NCBI GenBank assembly: GCA_964187785.1
Contig: OZ076416.1
Span: 32,922,001 to 32,986,000, forward strand
Source: Amphiscolops sp. MND2022
Taxonomy: Eukaryota
Length of the DNA stretch: 64,000 nucleotides
Direction of reading: 5' to 3'
Below the pieces are notes generated by a model. It had not been told where the DNA came from. It ran no database searches and saw only the letters and a list, made by a program, of their open reading frames with translations. Positions within the stretch are counted from its first letter, which is position 1, and each line of letters begins with the position of its first letter. Made by a program: the position numbers and the translations under genes. Shown piece by piece: positions 33,901-47,202 of the stretch.

Positions 33901-36900
33901 AAAGATTCTGCAATCCTGGCATTTGTCTCGAGACTGTCTCTACGAAATCCCTGGACTCGGGGTATCAATAGTGAGATCACCGATGGGTTCTGCCAGCTCT
34001 ACATTTGGGGTCAGCTCTGCTGCATGTTTTCCAGAAGGACTAGGAGTTACAGGCATAGCTGTGTTATCTGCTGTAACTTCCGCTTCATTGGTATTAGCTT
34101 GTACCGTCAATGGTTGCTCCAATGACATCGCCATAGTAGGAGGCTGTGACTGTTGTGGCGCATATCGAGCAACGCGTTCTTCTTCAGCACGGTGGTTGGC
34201 TGCCAGGGTTACACGCTTTGATACCCAGTCAGCTTGCTTCCAGAGTGCGCAAGCTTGTTTCCATACGTCGAAATTGCTGACTTCCAGTTTGAGGCATTCC
34301 TCGTCCCATTCGGCGCGCATTTCTGCGCCTAACACCTAGTTCACTATGTCCAATAACGACAACGGCATATCTCCGGACATGATCATGCGTCCTTGTGGGC
34401 GCCAAGCAGGCTCGTATAGTAAGGGGGCCATTCTACGTGACAGGTTGCGATCACGCACTGATGCCGCCACGTGAATCCATTTGGGTACATTGGCCACGTC
34501 TAAGTACCGTAGTTGGTGATCCAGTAATTCCTTCCCGCGTCCAGTTGGGCGTGCGCGAGGGTAGCCTACTGGCTCTTTCCAGTAGCGATTGGGTACCTGG
34601 ATGAATTTAAACTTCTAGTCCGATCGGACTTGCGGGCTAAGCTGCAAGCAGGGAATTATCACTGTCTTGATAAAGTTTGACGACCAAGGAAACCGGAATG
34701 GTTGTCCATTTAAATCAACGGGAGCATTATACCAATTGATGGGACCGTATTCCCTTGGTAAGACGGCGGCTTTGCGCGAACGGGCACGGACAACACCCAT
34801 CATATTTTCCTCCACTTGTTGCTCAGTCTTGACAGTGGTATACGCTTGGGGTACTTCGCCACTGTAGGTTTCTCGTATCATTTGTGCATAGCTCATAGGC
34901 GGGCTTCCCTGAAGGTACGTGAAGATGGATACCGTTGCAACATGCACTGCTAAGGATACTGGCTTGGTTGGATAGCGTAGTAGTCCAAGAGCTCCAAAGA
35001 TTGGAATTAAAACGGGAGCTACCACTGGAACTAGGTCCTCTACTTCGGCTAGCGTCAGGTCAGCCAATTGTTGCGGCATCGGAAAACCCGGGTTTTCACG
35101 AGGCAATCGCGAGTCCGGATCGTCTGGGGATTGAGCTTAGTCCACTCCTACAAATAATCCTGATGCATAGATCAGTGTGGAATAGAGCCAGTGTTGCACG
35201 GAAGCTCTCATTTGGAACAAATGCTCCGTGTAGTTGTGCCCGTTTGGTGTGAAGAGAATTTCTCCACACCCAAGCAAGCTGGTCGGTTTTCCTTGAGCCA
35301 AGAGTAGGTATGTGTAGAATTCTTATACTCCAGTGGATGTGACCAAGTCTACAACAATGGCTTGCGGTCCAGCTACGAATTTGGTAGGCCCAAGGGCTAG
35401 CGCTAGTGCTAACACCTCGTTTACCGAAGTTTTTTTGAGTGTTTCGGTGAGTCTTTGCAGCTGTCCGCCTGTCAGGTTGAACTCGTCTGCAATAACGTCC
35501 ATATGCGAACTCAATCCAAAACTTGTCAGAAATGCTTGGAAAGAGACAGATAAGGTCCGTGCGGTCAATTCTAGAGTGACTGTGGCTAGGCGATCATTAT
35601 ACCAATCCCCGTAAGTGGCCTCTTTGGCTTGGACCAAATTGCTAGGGGTCACGGCTCCATGGGCTACAATATGCCTGATGCCCAGTGGCATTTTGATGAT
35701 TTCTGTGTTGTCGGCGAATTGAATTTGGGGAATGTTCCTTTCGACCTCATAATTAAGTGGCCATCGATTCAGTTGATCACAGACTGCTGCAAGGTCTGCC
35801 TTGATGGTGTTGGGATGTGCTTCGCGCACCAGCCAGTTGTATCTGCGCATGTTCTCGCGTTCTGCGATGGTTGCTTCGGAGCCAATTCGTTTTCCTGTTT
35901 CATCGAAGGTTAGCGTGCCTAGACGCATTCCATGGTCGAAATATATTGCATCGTCCCTCGTTAGTTGGGCTTTGCCACCACGTTCCACTTGTTGCAATGA
36001 ACGTGATATTACTGCCAAGTATGCGTGTACTGAGACTGCAGCAGAACGTAAGTCGTCTTTTCTGACGCGTAAGTTATGTGCGCATAGGTAGAATTTGATA
36101 TTGCGAGCACTGCAAATTTCTGTTAGCATGTAGACAAACTGCTGGAACATTCCTACCCAATACAACATTCCAGGGGGAGAGACGAACATCGCTGGCACTT
36201 TTAGGTGTGTGCGGAGCAACTCTGCCGTACGCTCCATTGCAGTCGCCACTCAATGTAACACCTTGATTACTTAATTTCTGGCCGTTTCGTTGTTTGACAT
36301 CTCGCGCAGCAAATGGGGTAGATTTCCCAATAGACCTTCGCAGGCCATGTGGTCCATCAAATTGGCAAAAATATTGCGACTGGGTGGAAGTTCACTCTAA
36401 GGGCCTTCGGGAGAGAATAGGGCTATAGCCACCTCTGCCCTTTCAGGCAGTCGCGATAGAGGCATAGTCACAACCAATACGTCAGGAATAACGTTGTTGA
36501 GAGGAAGATCGCATGGGACCGTTGAATCAACCATTACGCAGTAACGTGTGCGTTGAATTGCCTCATTCGACATTGGTTTCATTGCTTTCAGGGTATTGGC
36601 TGTGGGTTTGGGTACATTGGCCACGTCTAAGTGCCGTAGTTGGTGATCCAGTAATTCCTTCCCGCGTCCAGTTGGGCGTGCGCGAGGGTAGCCTACTGGC
36701 TCTTTCCAGTAGCGATTGGGTACCTGGATGAATTTAAACTTGTAGTCCGATCGGACATGCGGGCTAAGCTGCAAGCAGGGAATTATCACTGTCTTGATGA
36801 AGTCTGACGACCAAGGAAACCGGAATGGTTGTCCATTTAAATCAACAGGAGCATTATACCAATTGATGGGACCGTATTCCCTTGGTAAGACGGCGGCTTT

Positions 36901-39866
36901 GCGCGAACGGGCACGGACAACACCCATCATATTTTCCTCCACTTGTTGCTCAGTCTTGACAGTGGGGTACGCTTGGGGTACTTCGCCACTGTAGGTTTCT
37001 CGTATCATTTGTGCATAGCTCATAGGCGGGCTTCCTTGAAGGTACGTGAAGATGGATATCGTTGCAACATGCACTGCTAGGGATACTGGCTTGGTTGGAT
37101 AGCGTAGTAGTCCAAGAGCTCCAAAGATTGGAATAAAAACGGGAGTTACCACTGGAACTAGGTCCTCTACTTCGGCTAGCGTCAGGTCAGACAATTGTTG
37201 CGGCATCGGAAAGCCCGGGTTTTCACGAGGCAATTGCGCGTCCGGATCGTGTAGGGGTTGAGCTTGGTCCACTCCTACAAATAATTCTGATGCATATATC
37301 AGTGTGGAATAGAGCTAGTGTAGCACGGAAGCTCTCATTCGGAACAAATGCTCCGTGTAGTTGTGCCCGTTTTGTGTGAAGAGAATTTCTCCACACCCAA
37401 GCAAGCTGGTCATATTTCCTTGAGCCAAGACTAGGTATGTGTAGAATTCTAATACTCCACCGGATGTGACCAAGTCTACAACAATGGCTAGCGGTCCAGC
37501 TACGAATTTGGTAGGCCCCAGGGCTAGCGCTAGGGCTAACACCTCGTTTACCGAAGTTTCTTTGAGTGTTTCGGTGAGTCTTTGCAGCTGTCTCTCAGGC
37601 AGGTTGAACTCGTCTGCAATGACGTCCATATGCCAACCCAATCCAAAACTTGTCAGCAATGCTTGGAAAGAGACAGATAGGGTCCGTGCGGTCATATCGA
37701 GAGTGACTGTGGCTAGGCGATCAATATACCAACCCCCGTAAGTGGCCTCTTTGGCTTGGACCAAATTGCTAAGAGTCACGGCCTCATGGGCTACAATATG
37801 CCTCATGCCCGGTGGCATTTTGATGATTTCTGTGTTGTCTGCGAATTGAATTTGGGGAATGGTCCTTTCGACCTCACAATTAAGTGGTCATCGATTCAGT
37901 TGATCCCAGACTGCTGCAAGGTCTGCCTTGATGGTGTTGGGATGTGCTTCGCGCACCAGCCAGTTGTATCTGCGCATGTTCTCGCGTTCTGCGATGGTTG
38001 CTTCTGAGCCAATTCGTTTTCCTGTTTCAACTGGTCCAACTGGCAAAAATAATGCGACTGGGTGGAAGTTCACTCTGAGGGCCTTTGGGAGAGAATAGGG
38101 CTATAGCCACCTCTGCCCTTTCAGGCAGTCGCAATAGAGGCATAGTCACAACCAATACGTCAGGAATAACGTTGTCGAGAGGAAGGTTGCATGGGACCGT
38201 TGAATCAACCATTACGCAGTAACGTGTGCGTTGAATTGCCTCTTTCGACATTGGTTTCATTGCTTTCAGGCTTCTAGGGTATTAGCTGTGGGTTTCCCAG
38301 GTTTCACCTGGTCGCAGCGAATATCTGGCCTTGCATTGTTCATGTAAGTTGTTTTGCATAGGACGAAGATAATTGTCATGAGTCGTTGTGAGTCGGCTGA
38401 TTACTCGTTGTTCCCACGCTGCTTCGCCTGTATCGGCGTCGAAGGGGCGCAAAGTTCGTGTCACATGGACGATTACCGACAGCTTTCGCAGTTGTGCCTG
38501 GTGGGTGTTGGTCGGTGGTACTCTTCGGCGGTCACGGTATTGTCGACCGTTTAACTTGGGGGCGACTTGCCAAATGCGATTAGCATCTCTCGTTACCACG
38601 GACCCTGATACATTGTCCGATTGTGAGGAATACGATGGGCCCGTGAAATTCTTCACAGACTTTGCTGTCGAGGAGCCTGAGTGCATTGAATTGTCGGTGC
38701 TCTCTGGCACAGATGCGGGGCTCGGAGCATATCATTCCATCACTTCTTTCATCGTCATCTGGGGTTCGGAGATGCCATGGTGGCCTACTTCTTTTTGGTT
38801 CCTGTATCATCACAGAGCGAAGTACATTGTTTCGCTTGTCTGGCGGAGAACAACTCGTTGGGCTATCATTGTTGCCAACCAATTGAGCCAGCTCATGTGG
38901 CGATGCCCTTTTGCGGCCAAGTTCTTCATCAGATACGGGCGACAATCCAGGTTTTGACGAGGGCGCTCGATTTCTGGTCGCGGTAGTACTAGGCGTCAGT
39001 GGGTCGGTGCTTGGACCTTGACCTTCTCTCGTGGTCAGACAACCCTCTTGTTGTCCCCTGCTTCCTAAAAGATTCTGCAATCCTGGCATTTGTCTCGAGA
39101 CTGTCTCTACGAAATCCCTGGACTCGGGGTAATTTGCCACTGCCTGTAATGCTTGGATTACAGCTTGTTCACTGGGAGTCCTGTGCGACATGTCAGGTGC
39201 CGTTACGCCTGACCGCATGGAAGGTGGTGCGGAAGACTGCACTGATTGCACTCTGGCACTGGTCATTGGACTGGAGGTGCCTGCTTTTGATTCTAATCGT
39301 GGAGTGGCGCTGAGAACAATATGCGGAGCATGGGCTGCGGGAGCAATGGCATAGGGCGCTACTTGTGCTGCGGATGGTGTTGTTGGTTGGGCACTTGGCA
39401 AATACATCGGCGGCTGAGTTCCCGACTGCGGGTGTATCTGTGATTGAGGTTGAATAACCAAATGTGCCGGGTTCAAAGGTTGTGGCATAGGCACATTTGC
39501 AAGTGGAATACGCAAGGTAGCCTCTTATTCCACAGTCGTTTGTACACTGGGGCCTCTCACTGCAGTGGATCTATCATCAAGAAAGGGGTGGGTTAGGTCA
39601 TAGCCATCCCATACTCCATTTCGACAGGTCATGGTACGTTTGTACCCTGCCACATCTGCTACTATAGATAGAGCTAGACTGGCTAGAGTAGGCTGAGTCT
39701 CCAACTGTGCTAGGAGAGCAGTGATCCCAGCCACAGCTGCCGTTGCGCAGTCTCTCCTCAATAAACTGCACCTGATTAACTCGCTGAGTTCACGCAGCGT
39801 TTTGATTGGGTTGGGGTTGGGCAGGCATAGCTGCATAGGCCGTGTGATGGTATGCCATCGTATCAT
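30994..39866 (-). pseudogene. Accessory ORF3 of the giant Gypsy (Pro/Gln-rich region + SGNH-like domain + unknown C-terminal region), fragmented and internally duplicated
   Basis: Same-frame fragments 39525-39866 and 38580-39515, then 38282-38710, 36397-37272 and 35323-36249, ending at 30994-31476. Several blocks are present two or three times. Confidence 0.65.
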
Positions 39867-40115
39867 GGGTCTAAAAAGAGATACTTGTTAAAGCTATTAT
39901 ACGGATGCTGATTGGTGCCTTGTTAAAACCAGTTCCATAAGGGAACTCGTCAATGAAAAACATCACTAAAGTCAATGATAAATTAAATACAGGAATGCTG
40001 AAGCCATTCTTTTTAGGGTTTAAGTGAGCAACTAATGTTTAAATAGAGTGTACAGCACAGTAAAATTATGTAGAATAACCGTGGTTCACGGCTACCTTCG
40101 GTTTGGGAGATGGCA

Positions 40116-42454
40116 TCAAGGTGGTCTAACACCCACTTCAATGCCTAGAATAGACACGTACACGTGATTGTGCAGTACTACGTGTATGTTCGTGTCTGCG
40201 AATAAGTCCATCATCACCCGATACAGGTTAGTCAGTGAGTATACTGGTCTTTCAGGAACCAGTATGGAAAAATGGATCTGAGGAATTACCCTGTCCCCTA
40301 GCCATGCCACTAACTTCCTCAAGCATAGCATTACGATACACATGCCGGTACGAACTATCAGGATCCTGCTAGTTCGATTTTTGTCCAATCAGAGCGCGAA
40401 TATTTTTTTGGAAGTTTTACACTTGTCACACATTACGCGCATTGATAGGACGTTACACTAGTTGACACAGCTTCGTACGTTGACTAGTTTACACCATTGG
40501 ACAATACAGTAATTGACTAGTTTACACCATATGACTAGTTTAAGCAATTTGACTAACTCCACTGTGCATCTCATATTTAAACATAGTTCTGGTAATTACG
40601 GGTTGTTACTGGTGAGCTACACACGCCGACTCATTACTACACTGTTTGATTCGCATACACAGTATCAAATCGCATAAACAGTAAATCTGACTACAGGAAG
40701 TGCTCACGACAGGGACCAAAATTACCAAGTTCAATGAAGCAATCGCCCCTTCATTATGAGACCTACTTTGTTAGGTGACCATATTCATTTGTTTGGGAAG
40801 ACTTGGATGGGGGGTGTTGTTGGATAAGAAACAGTATTTATCTGAGGGAGGATAAGGCACATGGTCCAAACTTCGTTTTTAGTTCAATATTTCAAGATCG
40901 GTATTCCATAAACTACTGTTTTCGGTTTGATAAAGTTACAACTTCGTATAGACTATTTGTTACAACTTTTCTTGATGTTGCTCACGACAGGGATCAAAAT
41001 AGATCCTTGCCAATACACTGGCTCAAAATACCCAGACCAAAATAACAGGTTATCCAATCATTCCGGTGACTGTGCTCACGACAAGGACCAAAATTAAAAT
41101 TAGTTAGGCAACTATTAATGAGGGCTGCTTTGAAATAATGTTTTGTTAAAATAGGAAACCTGTGTTGACAGATCAATCAATTGTACTAATTAGAAGCTAC
41201 AAGGTATTTTATTTGCACGTAAATGCGTGGATGAAACACACGTGTTCACGTGTGCAACTTGCATTGAATGCAGTTTATACGTACTGTGCACGGTAGAGCT
41301 CAGTAATGATAACTAATTGTTTATTGAATCATTGTTTACTTTGACTGGTTTACGATGCTGTGGTATGAATTGGAATTAAAATGAACACTGAGTTTTGAAT
41401 GCATATAAACATGGTGTAAGTTAGTCAAACCTTTGACTAACTTCCACTTATTGCAAGTATAGCGATCTGCAATTTGCAAAAAGCGGAAGTTAGTCAAAGT
41501 TTTGACTGAATTACGAAAAAGAGTTTTTTGGACTAACTTCCACTTTTCACTAACTACGTGTTTTGACTAGCTTACACTATTTTCCATTACGCGCGTTGAC
41601 ACAGCTACACCGTTGAAGCATAGACCGTCTTGCCTAACTTACGCTGAATGACCATTTTACGGATTACACAGATTACGCTGCTTGACTGAAATGCAGCTTA
41701 CCGGTACGTGTATCGTAATGAGTAGAAAATCATCAGCTATCAACGGCGCACGTTGATTCGCGCGTGTGATCAGTAGGTGTATTGTTTGGGTGGGCTTATT
41801 GGTAATCGTGGGGTTCAGAGTAAGTATTTCTCCAACTAGCCGGCGTAATGAGAACACTTGCTCTTTGCCGCATTCCCGCAAGATGTAGCGTAGCGCTGCC
41901 GAACTTGTTTCCAAGTCCGCTGGACATGTCAAGACAATGTGTCCTTCAGCTTGTAGAAAATCAGTAGTATCGTATGAGATATGTTCTACTGTGTCGGGAC
42001 GCAGATTACCTGGATATACTATTTCTCGACCAGGTCCGTTGTCCGCAGGTATACACACACGTGGTGTACGACCTTGTATGCTGGCTAGATCCTGCCATAC
42101 AGAGCGTGGTAGTGCTTGGTTGTCTACGTTTGCTCGAACCCAGATGTCCAGTGTGCTTATCGCTGCTTTGACTTGTAGGGGTTCCTCAAAAGTATGGATC
42201 CATTCATCCAGCAAACGGATTCGCGGATAGTCAGTGAAACACGTGATGATTAGCTCTAACCACCAACGGAATTTCACCTTGCCCTGATACCAATCTTTCA
42301 AGTGGGAACAAAGAATCAGGTTTTCTGTCGTGGAAGTCCTGAGACTCTCTAAGCATAATAGCAAATGCTGCGGATCCACTAACGCGTCGACGCGGGATGC
42401 GGTTACCATGAGCCACCAGTATGGGGCTGGGCTGTAGATGCTGTCTGGTACCAC
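40116..42454 (-). pseudogene. Accessory ORF with a TARG1/OARD1-like macrodomain, split by a DNA transposon
   Basis: Joining 42454-41721 to 40326-40116 gives a stop-free 314-aa frame: ISYDTTDFL..HIVLTCPADL..VGEILTL..IHLLITR..DDFL|LCLRKL..LYRVMMDLFADTNIHVVLH. Confidence 0.7.
40329..41720. mobile_element. 1392-bp non-autonomous DNA transposon (CACTA/CMC-like), 22-bp TIRs, 2-bp TSD AG
   Basis: CATTACGATACACATGCCGGTA vs rc CATTACGATACACGTACCGGTA (20/22). AG flanks at 40327-40328 and 41721-41722. Subterminal TTGACTAG/TTGACTAAC repeats. Confidence 0.85.
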
Positions 42455-43399
42455 AGTGGCTAGCGTAAGCCCTAAACCTTTGCCATCACTGGTCTATTCT
42501 TTGAACCTGGGACATGGTGCTTTTGCAACGCCTGGTGTCACGATTGGCTGCAAAATTGTCTCCACTGGATATTTTCCAGTCCGTTCTACCCCAGAGAAGG
42601 TTTTTTCTGCTCGTACATGGATGCGGTAAACTTGTTCGGTATGCTGCCGTCCCTCCTGGGGGACTCCCCGGGCTCCAGTGGGAACATCCCGCCTTTCGTT
42701 CATTGCCTAGCACGCATCAGCAATCGCGTAGGCCACATGTGCCACATTTGTATCTGGGCTGTCGTCTGTGTCTCAGTTGGTATCGGTTCTGAGATGCCGT
42801 TTGGGTGCTCGGTTTTAATTTTGGTACTTTGGGCACTGTTTTGCCCTTGGCTTTTTGCTGATGAGTTTCTTTCCGAGGTCTCCCCCTCCCCCTTTTGATA
42901 GAAGGAGCGGTGGGTGGAGGTTGTGGTGACTTGACCGAGGGTATAGATCCTGAGGTAGTCGGTTAAGGAAGGTTGAGTCAGCAACGGAGCAGAGGTACCC
43001 ATTGGGGATAGCTCCGGAGTTTTACTTGACTGTGAAATGTGTGGTGAAAGTGAGCGCATTGGCTCATGATCGGAAAACAGTTGCGGGAGACCGCTGAGCG
43101 TCGATACATCTGATAAAAGGTCTGGTACCGATGGGTCGGTGATTGCTTCAGGATGGGGTTGGGTGTGAATTTGTTGTGGGGAGTAGGTGGGGATGGGAAG
43201 CAACTCGTCATGCGTCTCTTCGTCTGTGTCGGAAGTGGAGTAGTCGAACTGCTGGTAATGCTGTCGGGTTCCTCCCGCGCGCAGCTTTGTGCGCAATCGC
43301 GTGTCCATCCAGTGACGCTGACGAGAAGGTAACGAAGCATTCGAAGCCTCTGAAAGCAGTGGCTCAGATTTATAGGAAAGTTTAGAACAGTCATCATTA

Positions 43400-46300
43400 A
43401 TAGGTTCGATGGAGTATTCAGGCTCCGGGTCAATGGCCACGGCTACGTCGCCGGTATCAAGAGGAGAGTCGACAAATTTAAGGGGGCCACTACTACGCGG
43501 TTTGAGAGGATGTAAACACGTCCATCTTGTATGGTGTGCGACACACGGTGTGGGCCACGCCAAGCGCCCATTAATTTGAAAGAACCTTTTTGGGGAACAT
43601 ACCGACAGAAAACCCATACTAATTGCCTTTCGCGTAGGCTTTGGCCCTTATGGCGCGATCGTATTTAAGCTTTTGTCGCAGCTGAGCTTGGTGTGTGTTT
43701 CTACGCACCAGGTCATGAATTTCCTGTTGGCGCGCCAACACATGGTCTACATACGCATCATGTGTAGGAAAAGACTGAGTGGCAAACTCAGGGTACAAAT
43801 ATGTAAGAGGTATAGCTTTTTCTGTACCCCGGGTTAACATATAGGGTGAAAACCCTGTGGTTGCATGGCGTGTAGAGTTATACGCGCCAAGGACCTCATC
43901 CAGGTGCTGGTCCCAGTCGCGCATTCGACGCGAACAGGAAACGCGTAATAACGTGAGCAAAGTACGGTTTTGGCGTTCCACTAAGCCTTGCGTACGTGGA
44001 TGGCCAGCTGTGGTGGTTACTTTGTGACCTGAGAGGCCTTCATGAATTCATTGGAAACTTCCGCCGTCCGATTGCATCCGGGTGGGTAGACCATGGCGAG
44101 CGAACCTCTGAAGCAATAATCGGGAGGTGGTGATGACGTCATTTTCGTCATGACTACAAGGGATGGCTTCAGCAAATTTCGAGAAATGGTCAATTATGAC
44201 CAAGATCTCGGTATTACCGTCATCAGTGGGACAAATTTTCATGTGATCATAATGCACCAACTCATTAAAGTTTCCACTTTGAATGTTTTTGAGGAGGAAG
44301 CGTACGTCTCCAGGCTTGTCTCTGACCTGTTGGCACGTGAGACACTGGCTGACGTATTCGCCCACTGTGCGGCGTATCCCATTCCAGGTATGGCGTTCTT
44401 GTATGCGAGCCACTACCTTGCTAATGCCTTGGTGTCCCATGGCATCATGTGCACGATAAAGGATCTCATGTTGGTACAACTGAGGCATCACAATCATGCA
44501 GGGTCGCTCATGCAGCGGACGTTGTGAAGCCGGGTATTTCACACAATGAACACCGTTTGAGTTCAAGAACAGTAACTCCTTCTTTTGTTTGAAGTAGTTG
44601 CGGGCAAAAGTACGAACATCTTCTGGAAAGATGTCTTGATTTATGTCTTCTCCAAGGACTAGCCTTTTGATCTCCGATTCTGGGTCAATACCAGGTCCTT
44701 AATCCCATGGACAGTGTGGGCATGTTCGTGAAGCTCAGTATTCACACTGCGAATGGCCATTACTGCCTGCTTGATGTGGGTAGGCGCATTGTGCAATGTT
44801 GCGCCTTCGATGTTGGCCACGTCATAGGTAGTACGTGAGGCAATGTTGGTTGCATGCGTGGGCAGTAAATAATCAAGTCGAGTTTCTTCAGTGACATCTA
44901 TCCAATCTTCTGGGTACTCAGGATAGAAGTCTTTGTTGGCGTGTAAGATGGGAGGTGGCGGTGAGGGTAGTTGACTGTGTAAGGCTTCGGTCCGCTTAGC
45001 TCGCTTTTTTGCTCGTTTTGAGCGACGAATCACGCGTTGAACCAGATCAGGGGGAATTGGTTGTAGATTCTTCAGGTGTATTGGTAACTCAGGATGATTG
45101 GGAATTATCCGTCCTTGCTGATCAAACCAAGGTGCGGTGGGGAGCCCTTCGTATTCGTCCTGGGATAGGAAATTCCAACGCTCTGCAACTTGTGGTAGTT
45201 TTTCAAGCTGTCGTTTTCTCCATCAGCAATCATTGGTGCGTTTGAACAAACCATCGGCATTGCGATGTTGCGTTCGTGGTCGATGTTCGACACGGAAATG
45301 GTACTTTTCCAATGCCATGATCCATCTGCCAATAAGAGCTTGATCCGTGGAATACGTTTTTAGCCATGAAAGTGCTTGATTATCCACTCTCAGTGTGAAC
45401 TTTCTTGGACACAAGTAGCTGTGGTTTTTGACGACGAAATGATATGCCGCGTACATTTCTAGCTTCGGTGCTCCGTATTTGGCTTGGGTGGCAGTAAGTT
45501 TTTTGCTGCCATACACGATGGGGCGTAGGCGCCTTTCTCCTGGTGGGCCTTGCCACTGATGGAGAATGCCTGAAAGTGCAACAGCACTGGCATCAGTATC
45601 CTGCACAAATTCTCCTTCTGAATCCGGTTGCGCCAGAGCGGTGGCATCGATGAGTGCTTTTTTTTATTTCGTTGAAAGCCAATTGTTGTTCCGTTCCCCA
45701 AGCAAAAGTGGCTTTGATGCCAGTGATCGCATGCAGGGGAGCCACCAATTTGGCGTGCCAAGGAATAAACTCACAGTAATAGTTGGCGAAGCCTAGAAAG
45801 CTTTGCATCTGTGTTTTGTTACGCGGGATTTCCCAGTCACGTGCCAATTGTCAGTCACGTCCCATTTGGCGTGCCAAGGAATAAACTCACAGTAATAGTT
45901 GGCGAAGCCTAGAAAGCTTTGCATCTGTGTTTTGTTACGCGGGATTTCCCAGTCACGTAGCTTCGAGAAAGCCTTGGGATCCGGCTTTATTCCTTCTGCT
46001 GCCACTACGCGTCCAAAGTACTTGATCTCAGACTTCATAAAGTCGCATTTAGCAACTCTCAGTTTGAAGCCGGCTTCTCGCAAGCATTCAAAAACTTCGC
46101 GAAGTCGTACCATGTGATCCTCCACTGTATATGTGGCGATAACAATGTCGTCGATTTAGGCCATCACCATGCTACCTTCACGATTCACGATCTTACGTAG
46201 GGCCCGTGCTATTGCTCTTTGGAAGGTGGCAGAGGCATTGCACATCCCGAAGGGCATGCGTCGCCATTCAAACAGTCCTAGCTCGCAGGCGAAGGCAGTT

Positions 46301-47111
46301 TTTTGACGGTCGGCTTTTGGGACAGGGATTTGCCAGAAAGCCCAAGCTAAGTCTATACTTGTGTAGATTTTATCTTTGCCCACTTTCACTGGCGCGGGGA
46401 CCACAATCTTCATGGAGGTCAGATCCACGAGCAGCTGGTAGGTTCGGAGGAAGTTAAGACCTAGTAGGAAGTCCTCCACGCCCATGGCATCATCCACTAC
46501 GAAAAAATTGGTTTCAAGTTATTAGCATCCTAGCTGGAAGCGGTTCTGCTCTCCCAATCCAAAGGTCTTGATTGTCTTGTTGTTGGCGGCATACAAGTCA
46601 ATTTGGTACGGTTTCAGTACAGTGCCTGTTTGAGAGGCTATACGGTTGAAAGCTGAAAAGTTCAGGATAGATACGCCAGAGCCTGTGTCAACAAGGCCTC
46701 GCAAAGGGATTGGGCCGCCTGGGGCACAACGAAGGAGACTACAAGTGAGGCGCGCTCGTCTATCCGTGCCTCACCAGTAGGTTCTTGATGATTAATGTTA
46801 TAACACTTGAGTTCCTGCGCACCCAAGCAGATTCCAGGAGGAAAGACGTCCACCACTACACAGGCTTCAAACATCACATCTACTCCACCCATGGTGGCGC
46901 AGATGGGCACGGGAGAATAGGTTGTGAGTGTGTCAGAGTCCCCTGGGGCGTACCATTCCTTCGGACGGGGTATTTCCACACGTTTGTATAAGGTTTGTAG
47001 TTCAAGCCACAGTTTGGATAGCGTTAATGTTGTCCTGCGCAGTTGTTCTGCAGCTAACATTAGGTGGATAGAGATCGACCCTGGGGGTCGAACGTAGTTG
47101 GCTCTAGACAA
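43400..47111 (-). pseudogene. Gypsy pol (protease, RT, RNase H, integrase) with many frameshifts and stops
   Basis: LVDTGSGVSI (PR); IDLAWAFWQIP, MPFGMCNASATFQR (RT); TDASAVALSGIL..KLEMYA..VDNQAL (RH); HDAMGH..CLTC, DHFSKF..SD, ERQNRTL (IN). Confidence 0.93.
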
Positions 47112-47202
47112 GTTTGGACTTGCTTTGCGCCGCAGGTGATAGTCAGTGGGGTGTAGAACGCAGGTGGTTCCGCTGGGTGTAGCATTAGCACGCGGTCGTC
47201 CT

